From Utricularia gibba (taxonomy: Eukaryota > Plantae > Magnoliophyta), in NCBI GenBank assembly GCA_002189035.1, contig NEEC01000002.1, positions 992,001-1,056,000 on the forward strand: 64,000 bases of DNA, written 5' to 3'. The first letter of the stretch is position 1, and every line of letters begins with the position of its first letter. A program made the translations under genes and the position numbers. This document shows positions 50,546 to 61,391 of the stretch, piece after piece. A model generated the notes under the pieces. The model ran no database searches, was not told the DNA's origin, and saw only the letters and a list, made by a program, of their open reading frames with translations.

Positions 50546-53500
50546 TCAGGGCTGTTGATCGCACGCTTGATCTTTTTCCTGGTCTTCCTCTTGGGTTGTA
50601 ACTGTAAAATCTTTCTTGCCATGCGCTGGAGCAATGATCTCTAAGCTCTTGAGCCCATTTTGCCTAAGATATGTGTGCAAGGGCAAACTCGCTTCTTGCA
50701 GTAGGCTCATCATGCTCACACGCCCGCTGCATGCGGTTGCTGGTTCTTGAAATGGAAGGCAATTCAAATCTATTCCTTCTTCATCACCTTGGCATCCAGG
50801 AGTCTGGATCTCTGATCCCCTCTCGTTGTCAAACAGTGATGACGCTTGAAGAGGGATGCTCTCGACCTCTGTTTCCTCCTGCTCCACAGCATGCTGAATC
50901 CTTCCTGCTGTTTCTGATTGGCGCTTCATCTTGCGCATCATCAAGGTCTTGAATCGCCTCTTGACAGTCATGCAGACATTACATGTGCATGTGGGCTTGT
51001 GCTTGCCTTTGCCACTGGGAGGCTGTATGCATACGATACAAGAGCAGCCAGATCGGTGACGTGGGTGTTTTGTAGTCATTGCAACCGACATTGTGGTTTC
51101 CCTGATCTCACTCCCGGTTGCTACTGCATTTCAGGCGGGTTCCATGACCGGAGCCTCAGTTCCATAAGGTGGTCTGCAATCATTTAGAAGTCAAAAACAG
51201 TAGGAATACAATACCTTTGTTTCTTCCAAGAAGAAATTGCAGCTCGCTGGAGCTCAGTTCATCTGGAGCAGAGCAGGAGCTCCTGATCCCAACAATTATA
51301 CAGAGTGATGAAAGGCTGTATATTGAATCGGCATTCGAACTATTGAATACAGTTGATTCAGGAAACTATCTTCTATACAAACCTTGTCAGGCCGCTCACA
51401 TTGTCTTGGCATGCCCATTTTGAAGGAACAAGGAAATCAGCCGGGTGTTTACGCCATTTTAAGCAAGAATCACACTGAGTGAACTGCTCATATTCACTGC
51501 ATTTTCCGCAAAGACGAGTCATTCAAGTTCCCATGATGATCATTCTAGGAGTATGCTCATTTAGTGGCCTTTTGGGAACAGGGGAAGAGTTTCACTACCC
51601 GGAGAGACGAACAACGAAGACACTTCTCTTTGCGAAAACAGGCGGCTCCTGACAACAAAGAACATCAGTTGAAAGCTCCGCAATGAAGGCTGGAAATGGA
51701 AAAGTTGTTCCTACTTCAAACTCTTCAAACTCATGATCATCCACTGAGAAAGTGCTTGGCTGAACTCTTGGAGGTGCCCTCAGCATATCCTGTACCTCTT
51801 CCCAAGTGAAACTCAGCTCCAATGGATCTTGCCCATCAATTAGAATCTGTTTGTTTTTCGAGCCAATGTTTCTTCTTTTGTGTCGTGGAAACAACATTGA
51901 TGGAGCTACGACATTCTCTTCAGTGTCATACAAGCTCCTGTCTGTGACTTGGGGACCTGCAATCTTAGACAAGACTCTCACGGTAAGATTCCGACTTGAG
52001 TTATTCTGCATGCTTTCCAGAGGTAGATCACAGTGAGAAGCACAGCCACCACTACTGGTATCAAGTGGGTCCTGCTCCATTATCAATCTGAGTGTTAATC
52101 AAGGAGCCATTTCTGAAACCATCGTACTTGATGCTACCTTGTCCAGATAGGTGCTAGTTGAGGCTTTTCGGCAACCCATCAGAAGCTTTCCGTCGGGATC
52201 TATACGACTGAAAGTCACTGGCAGATGAAGGGCCAAAGAAATGAGAAAAGAAGCTCCGGTGATAAGATAAGAAATCATACCAAATGTTGAAACCATACCG
52301 GTGTCTCCAGCTTGTAACTGCATTGATTGAATGAATGGGGAAACACCTTCCAAAACATACATTCTGCTTTTGTTGTTCGGCCAAAACCGGAACTGTAACA
52401 TCCATTCATTTCCTTTTACATCCTGAATCCTCAGAGGAAGGCCCTCTGGCCTTGTGATTGGCGGAAAGTATGCCTGCCATGTTTCATGTTTCAGTCAGAG
52501 GATATGCTGCTATCAGACAATGAAGGCATGTCTGAGTTCTGCACTCAGCACGCCCAGAAGATTGAAAGAACAGTAACCGAACATCAATAAACATATCATA
52601 ATGTTCAACATACTTCAGCACAGGATTTAGGGAGAACTAGACGACCAATCCGGCCAGCATCACTGGCACTTAGAAGCTTTTCAAACAAGGGAACAATGAT
52701 TGAGTTTGAATTTCCGATGATGAATCAAGGAGATTGCAAAATAATTTGATTAACAGACAAAGTGCATGTAATAACAGTGTTAAATCAAGGATACTCCCTA
52801 GACATTTGCTGCAGTTCCTGATCAGCTATTCGAGGATGGTAGCGCGCAAGTAGTTGATTCTTGATGATCCTTTCCACCCTTGCAGCTGGCACCCGAGGGA
52901 CAATGCAGGAGTTTTGTGTTGAAGCAGGACCAGAATCTGATATCTTCAGTGAGAGGCCAAGAAGAACCCCTTCTTGACAGGAAGATGATTCATTAGGTTC
53001 ATGCATGAAACCATCAGCAGACATGCTGATGCTCACGTTTGTCAAAGCTAATGGAGTGTTGTTTCGATCCACTGAATTCTCCTTTAAACCACAGGTTCTA
53101 ATTCTGTCATGCCGTGGTGCCTGCACTAGCCCCTGGAAAAGTAAGATTACACCAAACACTGCATGAGTATCTTCTACACAACTTACAGAAAAACGACAAG
53201 GTGCACTAAAATTCATAAAACTTACAGACGGTAACAAAGAATTGCCGGTGCAAATCTTGCAGCACAGACCACCGGTATCAAGAAGTTCAATCATTGAACT
53301 AGAAGCAATACATCCACCATGAAGGCGCTACCAACAACGGAAGGTCATGAAAAAGAAAACTAAAGTAAGAGAAGCTTCCCACCAAGCAGAATAATGAATT
53401 ATGATTAGCAGTTCATAAAAGTTGCCATCCACCTTCCCGCATGAGGTGCACTCTCTCCATCCTGAATCATGAGAATGGAAGGTTTCACAAAAGACCAAGT

Positions 53501-53775
53501 TTTTGTACACAATCCTGCCAAATATAACTGCTTTGTTTAGAAAATGGTACAATTTCAACAAATCCACAATAATCGATCGGCCAAAAAAACTCTGATCATT
53601 TGCACTTCAAACAGAGTTGAAAACAAACGAAACAGAAAAAGGCTCTGCTTTCACTTCTCAATGAATCATACCCACAGCTGGGACAGAGAGTCGCAAACGC
53701 ACCGGACTTCAAAGGCCATCCTTCAACCCATTCATCGAAACTCGAATTTTCGCATAATGGATTCATGCACTTCAT
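50546..53775 (-). CDS. VAL: VAL/HSI2-family B3 transcriptional repressor (PHD-like, B3, CW, EAR domains)
   Basis: MKCMNPLC...GWPLKSG...[94 protein letters not shown] and IDLNCLP (EAR). Confidence 0.92.
52711..52794 (-). other. U12-type (minor spliceosome) intron of VAL with a non-AG 3' end
   Basis: 5' site GTATCCTTG at 52794-52786 and branch motif TCCTTGAT at 52731-52724. No AG dinucleotide occurs anywhere between the donor and the conserved VPLFEK codons. Confidence 0.75.
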
Positions 53776-54714
53776 TTCAGAAGCAAGAAAAGAAAATGGG
53801 GAGACCAAAAGAAGCTAATGGGGTCTTATCAACTTCAAAACAATTGGGGAATGGAGAGGCATCGGGAAACCTTATAAGGCACGCCGGACTTAGAAAAACA
53901 CTGATGATTGCGGGATTGTTGAGAAAGATACATGCAAACGGATTCGCAGGTTGGTAGCTGCCACATCCCATCAAACACCAACTTTTTTCATTTCACTAGA
54001 CTAGCATTCTTTTGTTTCCATAATACAAAAGATGAAAAGCACTGTGCCTCAGTGCTTGTTCATGACTTCTTGATTTTGAGTTCATAGTCGTCAAATAAAA
54101 TTGACAGGATTGCCAGGGAAGTACATGCATGATACAATTTAGGAATTAAGAGCTACACTACAAAGGCTGGTCTCTGAACAGAGGCACAACTGAAGGCAGT
54201 GCAACAGAAAAAAAATATGTAGAGCGAAAGAGGCAGCTCGCAGTCTTGAACCATCAAAATTATGATCTGGGAACACTCGAAAATGGACGTAAGACCAAAG
54301 CACTTTTTACAGTATGAAACTTTTGTGGGTTTGCAAAACATCCAAATCCAAGATCATGCCTTGCGCACAAAAAAAAAACGATCATTCAAATCATATGACT
54401 CGATAGTAGACCTGGAAATGGGGATCATACCAAGCTTGCATTTCCATATCCCCGAAACCAGAAACGAACATTTCACAGGGATTTGGATTGGGATCAAAGC
54501 ACACAGGGGCCTCGGCATGGTGGGGAAGTAGGGAGGAAAAGCGAGAGCTTTGATTTCATTTAATCTCATACATAAAATTAAACTTATTTTTCAATATAAA
54601 ATGCAATATATATCATGCGATTTTGATTTTTTTTGGCTCAATAAATATAGTCAAAATTTTTTTAATAATCAGATATGAATTATATTAAGATGTAGGGCTT
54701 TGTGCGTAAAGCCA

Positions 54715-55330
54715 TCAACTCCCGCTGCAACTATCGGAAGCGGTTGCGCCAGCGACGGCCGCCGTGATCTTCATATTTTTCTCTTCCTGCTTCTCCCTCA
54801 ATGATCGAACTGGAGAAACCCTCTACATCAAGAATTCAAGAAAAAAGCATTTCAGATTCGGAGGGAATGAGCGAGTTCACGAGGATGCGAATAACGCAAC
54901 TTACAACGCACGTCAGTTTGATTTCTTTGAGCCGGTACAATCGATCCACCTCACTCTCCAGATGGTTCTGCAATTCTCCTCTTTTCGAAACCTCGTCCAT
55001 TTGCAAGTCCAAGAAACGAACCCTCTGTTTCAGCATCTTCTCGGTTTTCACCTTGTCGGCTCTCTGCCTCTCCATTCTTTCTCGGACGGCTTTCAGCTCC
55101 TCCTCCAACGATGAATCGAAGGATCGCATATCCATGGGAGGTTGGGTTTTCGAAATGGGTCGTAGATCGAAGGATTGTTGTTGTTCTCCTTATTGGAGAT
55201 GTGAATGGGCTGGACCTCGGATTGTTTCGTTGGAAGTGGGTTTCCGTGTGCGGCTATGGGTGGAGGATTCTTTTGTGCGGGTGGTCTGCAACTTGATTGG
55301 GGCGGTCGCCGACGAAGGTAGCGGAGGCAT
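54715..55330 (-). CDS. Small coiled-coil protein resembling the N-terminal region of 3xHMG-box (HMGB6-like) proteins, without HMG boxes; 5' part frameshifted
   Basis: 55135-54905 + intron + 54822-54715 gives MDMRSFDSSLEEELKAVRERMER...EVDRLYRLKEIK...RVSPVRSLREKQEEK...*. An adjacent upstream frame carries SCRPPAQKN and SNKENNNNPSIYDP, and a further ATG lies at 55330. Confidence 0.62.
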
Positions 55331-55397
55331 TTGGCCCCTCTGCCAACTCTGTGAGTGAAAGTTCGAGCAGCGAGAGGGGGGAAAGTGTCGGCGATTG

Positions 55398-56112
55398 GGG
55401 TTTGAATTTGAGGCTGAGTTGGTGATATACATCTTTTTGCATTTTTTGTTTGCAAAATACATCTTCTTGTATTAAGTTAGTAAAATACATAATTTTACTA
55501 AATCGACTGCGATTGCTGTTGACTCCGTCGCATTTGGAATGAAGTCCGCCAAGTTCATCGTCATTCACCCGCCGGTCCAGAAATCTGGCCCCACCATTGC
55601 CGCCTAGCACCACGCGGTGCTGAAGGTTATCATCTTCTTCGGCCAGGCTTTATGTTTAAGCCAGACCTGCGACGTCCGTCATACAAGATGATTCGTCGCT
55701 TCCTGGATCTGTTGCCCATGCCCTTTTATACTATGCGTCGTAGAATTTGCACCGCTGTCAGTAGCCGTATGTCTGCTTCGGAAGTGAGGTACACCGCCGA
55801 AGTTCTCCGGCGACGCCCGCCGCCGTGCAATCTATTGGTTTTTGGGATGACCCACGAAATGTTCCTCTGGAGTTCTCTCAACTTTGGGGCCGTAGAGGCA
55901 CCCGTCAGTCGAAGTCTACGGTGTGCATTACTTCACGAAAGTGAGCCAACTCCGAGATTTGATTCAGTATTACAAGGCGGAGATCAGCGGCGAGTGTCGA
56001 CCGGTGCAATTAATGTAAAATGATGTATTTTCCTAACTCAATACAAAATGATGTATTTTGCAAATAAAAAATACATAAAGATGTATTTTACTAATTTTTT
56101 CTTGAATTTGAA
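55398..56112. mobile_element. Pack-MULE-like non-autonomous TIR element (~715 bp) with a captured gene fragment
   Basis: 55427-55498 matches the reverse complement of 56015-56086 at 64/72 nt. Weaker identity with mostly transition mismatches extends to about 55398 and 56112. The arms contain repeated AAAATACAT subunits, and the interior is an IRX15-like fragment. Confidence 0.75.
55539..56009 (+). pseudogene. IRX15: Decayed 5' fragment of an IRX15/IRX15L (DUF579 xylan synthesis) gene
   Basis: MKSAKFIVIHPPVQK (stop at 55605), VAHALLYYAS* in another frame, MSASEVRYTAEVLRRRPPPCNLLVFGMTHEMFLWSSLNFG, then after a deletion HPSVEVYGVHYFTKV...GECRPVQ, cut off at the right TIR. Confidence 0.85.
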
Positions 56113-57762
56113 TCAAATAGGCGGATTGACGACTACTCGGTGGGGGTTTTCGTGTGGTCGTGATCAACGTTCAACCTTTTCAAGCTCGATTTCCAATACG
56201 AGCCCCGAACGGTTTTGAAGAACAAGTGGACTCACTTACACCACATTGGTATTTAAGGTTAAAAAAGTTGAAATTTTCCAAGATTTGATTTTTTCGATGC
56301 TGTAGTTGTGAGATTATCATCCTTCCTTTGTTTTTGTTTTCCTTGTAGAAAACATGCACACAGTCACGACCAAAGATGGTTCGGATGTCTGGTCCGTATG
56401 CTGTGGATAACAAAGGACATTGACTGTGGATCGCAGACAACTGACACGTCAAGGGAGGCGTGCTTCTTTAGGCAGAAGCAGGTACAAGTTAGTGGTTGTG
56501 TGATGGCTTCTGTTCTACCTCAAGCGGTAGCTTCTTTTCATAAAGATTCAGAACCCATTAAACTCGGCACTTCGAGGTTCAGCTACATGAATTCCTAGAA
56601 GTTCAGAAATGGGGTTTGCTGGGATTCCTTGTGTATACTTGACTGCTATACCTGGTATTCTAATTGGCGCCATTCAGACCTGCAGCCGCGACTTGAACGA
56701 ATGGAGAGAAACTCGTAGAAAGCCGGGTCCCTCGGTCGCTGACTCTGGTAGAGAATGGGTCTGGGATTTAGCCACAAAGCTTATATCTGAGAGAGGCCTT
56801 TTCCAGAGGGGAAGGCTATCTCTCAAAGTTTCAGCTGGGAAGAATCACACCTGATGACGACACCTTTTTCTTAAAGGTCGAGTTGTCTTTCTGCTTATCG
56901 AGAGGTATGAACGGATCGAAGCTGGTGAAGCATTTCATTCCTGTCGGCAATGGCTGGAGGAGCTCATCAAGGGAAATCTATGGAGATGGAGGAAATGGCT
57001 TCCCCATCGCTTTTAATGGTATATTTTACATTGATACAAAAATGAATACTTGAAGCACGTGTCTAGTTGCAACTTCGGTGTCGTGGGACCCGCACAGGAC
57101 GTAACGCTGGTGCCCCACCGGCGTTCTTTATCGGCCGCTATCCCCGCCATGAATGCGTTGGCACCGCCTCTGCGCAGCTGTCTTCAAAGTTGAAATTGAT
57201 TGCCATTTTCCTTCCAAAATCCGACTAAAAGGGCGATTAATCTATTGGGGTATGATCTTAATGGCCTTCTTCTTGGATCTGTCTGCACAACGTGCAATGC
57301 CAGTGAACTATGTCCATTTTCCCCTGGTCCCCTTACTTTAATCTTAAAGACGTTTTTTTTCTTCCACCCTCCGCCCTCACTTTCAATCTTTTTTCTGCAA
57401 CTCTTCTCGAATTCTCCTATACCCAGAAGCTCTCGTCTTTCTTTTCCTCTGTTTGCGGTCGTAGTTGATTTAAAGCTCGTAATTTTTGGTTTCAAGGTGC
57501 TGATATTTCAGGTAGTTGTTTGTTTTTTACACCTTGTACGAGGTGGGTTTTAAGTAGATCTGAACCAGTTTGGTTAAACTCTTCAGATCGGATATTTAGC
57601 ATCTCCCTGGTGATGTTTGAATCAACTACATTATGCTGTGTTTTCTTGTATTTTGCTTGGTTTGAATTTTTTTTACTTTTCCTTCGTTTTCGAGCCCTTT
57701 CAGATCCCTCGATGTGTTACTGATTTCAGATTTCGTGGGCTGATTGCTGAGCTTGACCATAG

Positions 57763-60413
57763 ATGAAGAAGAGAAATAAGCCTTTGCTGCTTTGGGATTT
57801 TGGTCTTCTGTTGCTGTTATTTGCTGGTGGTCTTGTATCTGCAGCTAATTATGTTCCAACAGACAAGATTTTCCTAAACTGTGGAGGGCCTGCTGATTCT
57901 AGTGATTCTGATGGGCAGATATGGACTTCAGATATTGGTTCCAAGTTTTTATTATCTAGCAGTAGATCATCCACTGCCTCAGCGTCTGTGCAGCTGCCTG
58001 ATATTCCTCAGGTGCCTTATATGACTGCTAGGATTTTCGAATCCGAATTCACATATTCCTTCCCTGTTTCTTCCGGCCACAAGTTTGTTCGTTTGTATTT
58101 CTATCCTGCATTATACAATGGCCGGAACGCTTCCGATGCATTCTTCTCGGTGACTTCTGGTGGATACACCCTTTTGAGTAACTTCAGTGCTGCTCTTGTC
58201 ACAGCTGCTTTGAACTTTGACTACATCGTGAAGGAATACTCTGTTAATGTCCCTTCTGAGGTGTTGAACATCACGTTTACTCCTTCTCCGAATGCGACAA
58301 ACTCGTATGCATTTGTTAATGGAATTGAAGTTGTTTCACATCCTGATATATATAGTTCAGATGGACGAATATCTGTGGTTGGCCAAGCTTCAGGTTTTGT
58401 TATTGACAACAGTACGGCACTTGAGAATGTATATCGTCTGAATGTTGGTGGAAATGTGATTTCTCCTTCCGGGGATACAGGCTTGTTTCGAGCATGGGGA
58501 GATGACTCGAATTACATTTTCAGTGCAGCAAATGGAGTTACAGAATCTCTTGATCAAGATATTAATATTACTTTCCCTGCAGAAACACCAAGCTATCTTG
58601 CACCTTATGATATGTATGCTACTCTGAGATCAATGGGTCCAAATGCATCTGTCAATGTGAACTACAATCTAACTTGGGTGTTTGATGTTGATTCGGGGTT
58701 CTCCTATATCGTTAGGCTTCATTTCTGTGAGATCACAGATGTTATCACCAAGGTAAATCAGAGGGTTTTTACCATTTTTTTGAACAATCAAACTGCAGAG
58801 GAAGAAGCAGATGTGATTGCCTGGGCAGGGGGTCCTGGAATACCCTTTCACAAGGATTACATTGTTGTTTTTCCAAGTGGACCTCCAAGACAGCAGCTTT
58901 GGCTTGATTTACATCCAAACACGCGTAACTTACCTCAATATTATGATGCTGTGCTGAACGGATTGGAGATATTTAAGATCAGTAGTAGCAATGGAAACCT
59001 TGCTGGCCCCAATCTGGAACCACTTCCTAAGATTCCGATAGATTCCTCCGAAAACCGTTTTCAAGGATCACATAATGCTCAAAGATCTGCCATTTTGGGA
59101 GGTGTTGTAGGAGGAATTGCAGCTGTTGTTGTAATTGGCTTGCTTGTATTCTGTGTGTCTAGAAGGAGGACCTGGAAAAAGGTTTCCACTTCTAGTGATG
59201 GCTGGCTTCCGCTCTCTCTCTACGGAAACTCACATTCTTCTGGATCAGCCAAGACAACTACTACAGGAAGCTATGCTTCCTCCCTCCCTTCAAACCTCTG
59301 TCGACACTTCTCGATTGCTGAGATCAAAGCTGCTACTAACGACTTTGATGAAGCCCTTGTCCTTGGAGTTGGTGGTTTTGGGAAAGTCTACCGTGGAGAC
59401 GTCGACAGTGGCACAAAAGTTGCGATCAAGCGAGGGAACCCCCTATCCGAGCAGGGTATTCATGAATTCCAAACTGAGATTGAGATGCTCTCTAAGCTCC
59501 GGCACCGGCACCTGGTTTCCCTTATAGGGTACTGTGAAGAGAACTGCGAAATGATCCTCGTGTACGATTACATGGCTTATGGAACTCTGCGTGAACATCT
59601 GTACAAGACCCAGAAGCCGCCATTGCCATGGAGGCAAAGGCTTGAGATTTGCATTGGTGCAGCTCGAGGCCTACACTATCTTCACACTGGTGCAAAGCAT
59701 ACTATAATCCATCGGGATGTGAAGACAACAAACATTCTCTTGGACGAAAAGTGGGTGGCCAAGGTTTCGGATTTCGGCCTGTCGAAAACTGGCCCTTCTC
59801 TGGATAACACCCATGTAAGCACCGTGGTAAAGGGAAGTTTTGGCTATCTTGATCCAGAGTACTTTAGAAGGCAGCAGCTGACCGAAAAATCAGATGTGTA
59901 CTCCTTTGGGGTTGTTCTTTTCGAAGTTCTGTGTGCTCGCCCTGCTCTAAACCCAACCTTGCCAAAGGAACAAGTGAGCTTGGCCGAGTGGGCTGTGCAG
60001 TGCCACAGGAAAGGCACACTGGATCAGATGATGGACCCTATCTTAAGGGGAAGATAGCATCGGAGTGCTTCAAGAAGTACACCGAGACAGCAGTGAAATG
60101 TGTCTCAGATGTTGGAATGGACCGGCCTGCCATGGGAGATGTGCTATGGAACCTAGAGTTTGCTCTGCAACTCCAGGAAAGTGCAGAGGAAAGTGGGCTG
60201 GTTCCTAAAGCAGGGGAGATTGAAGCATTTGAAGCTCAGTGCAAAAGGAAGAAGGATCTTGACTCATCACCGGGTTATGGTGGTACCACTACCGAGTCAA
60301 AAAGCAGCGCGACAACACTGAGCACCAGCGGCCAAAGCCTCATCAGTGAAAGCTCCGATGGGCTCACTCCAAGCGCTGTCTTTTCACAGATCATGGATCC
60401 AAAAGGCAGGTAA
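57763..60413 (+). CDS. FER: FERONIA (CrRLK1L malectin-like receptor kinase); apparent frameshift at 60047-60050
   Basis: Signal peptide, two malectin-like domains (LYRLNVGG, YIVRLHFCEI), TM, GWLPLSLYGNSHSSGSAKT..TGSYASSLPSNLCRHFS, intact kinase (HRDVKTTN, DFG) and C-terminal TPSAVFSQIMDPKGR*. Adding one G restores ILRGKIASECFKKY. Confidence 0.95.
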
Positions 60414-60684
60414 GTTGACAAGGCTGTGCTTCCATCCTCGAATTGAATCTACTTGTACCAAGATACATTACATGCTGGTATGTCAAGGGTTTGTTGGAAT
60501 TTGGACAAACGATGTCGTTTGGATGTAAGATCCTATACTTGTATCGGTCGATACGTTACACAGATACTGAGCAGGTTTTCCAATTCAAACAAGCACAAGT
60601 AGGCGTCTTCGAGCAACAAATCACTATAAACTTACACACAATATGTAGTTGCTTAGGGAACAACAGCTAGCTCTGGGATGGCGT

Positions 60685-61391
60685 TTATTTCTCAAGAATG
60701 GCAACCAGCTTCTTGTGCAGCTCCGGTTTGTTAGCTCCGACAAGTTTGTCGATCTGCTGACCATCTTTGAGGAAGAAGAAAGTTGGAGTTGCTTTTATGT
60801 CCCATGAAGTGCTGAAATCCTGAAGCAAACAAATGTCTGAGAAAACTTCGCCTGTAGCTGATCCATACAACACAAACAGAAAGAACAACTCACTATAAGT
60901 TCATCTACATCCACCGTCAGAAACATGGCTGAAGGATACTTCTGAGACAGCTCAATAAAGTAAGGTGCAATCATTTTACAAGGGCCACACCATTCAGCAC
61001 TAAAGTTTGCAATCACCTGTTAGAATAACCAAGCCGAACACTCCTTAATTATGGAAAATTCACTAATTCCATGAGCAACTCAAAAAGTCCATCTTAGAAC
61101 CAGAGAAAATGGAAGGATTAGAAAATGATAGTCTCACAATCTTTCCATCCCTCTGAGCTTCGGCAATTTTCAGATTCCAATTTTCCATTGTTGTAATAAG
61201 CTGCACATTTCCACCAGCGAAATCAACATGACTATCGTCTTCATCCGCATTCCGAGACTGCAACACAAATGATTAAAATTGCAGGATGATCTCCCACTTA
61301 CATGCTAAACCATTAAAACTTACAGACATCTGGAATTGAATGCACATGTCAATGGAAACTCTCTCCTTACCTTAATAGCACAGATACCCAT
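60685..61391 (-). CDS. TRXH9: Thioredoxin h, subgroup III (TRX h9-type) with N-terminal acylation motif
   Basis: Exons 61391-61371 (MGICAIK), 61257-61138, 61016-60894, 60819-60685. WCGPC active site, [14 protein letters not shown] and LVGANKPEL. Confidence 0.92.

Noticed and set aside
61302-61304. Apparent 3-nt microexon TTTAG|CAT|GTAAGT in TRX h9 intron
   Set aside because: The downstream intron would be only 44 nt, below the usual plant minimum.
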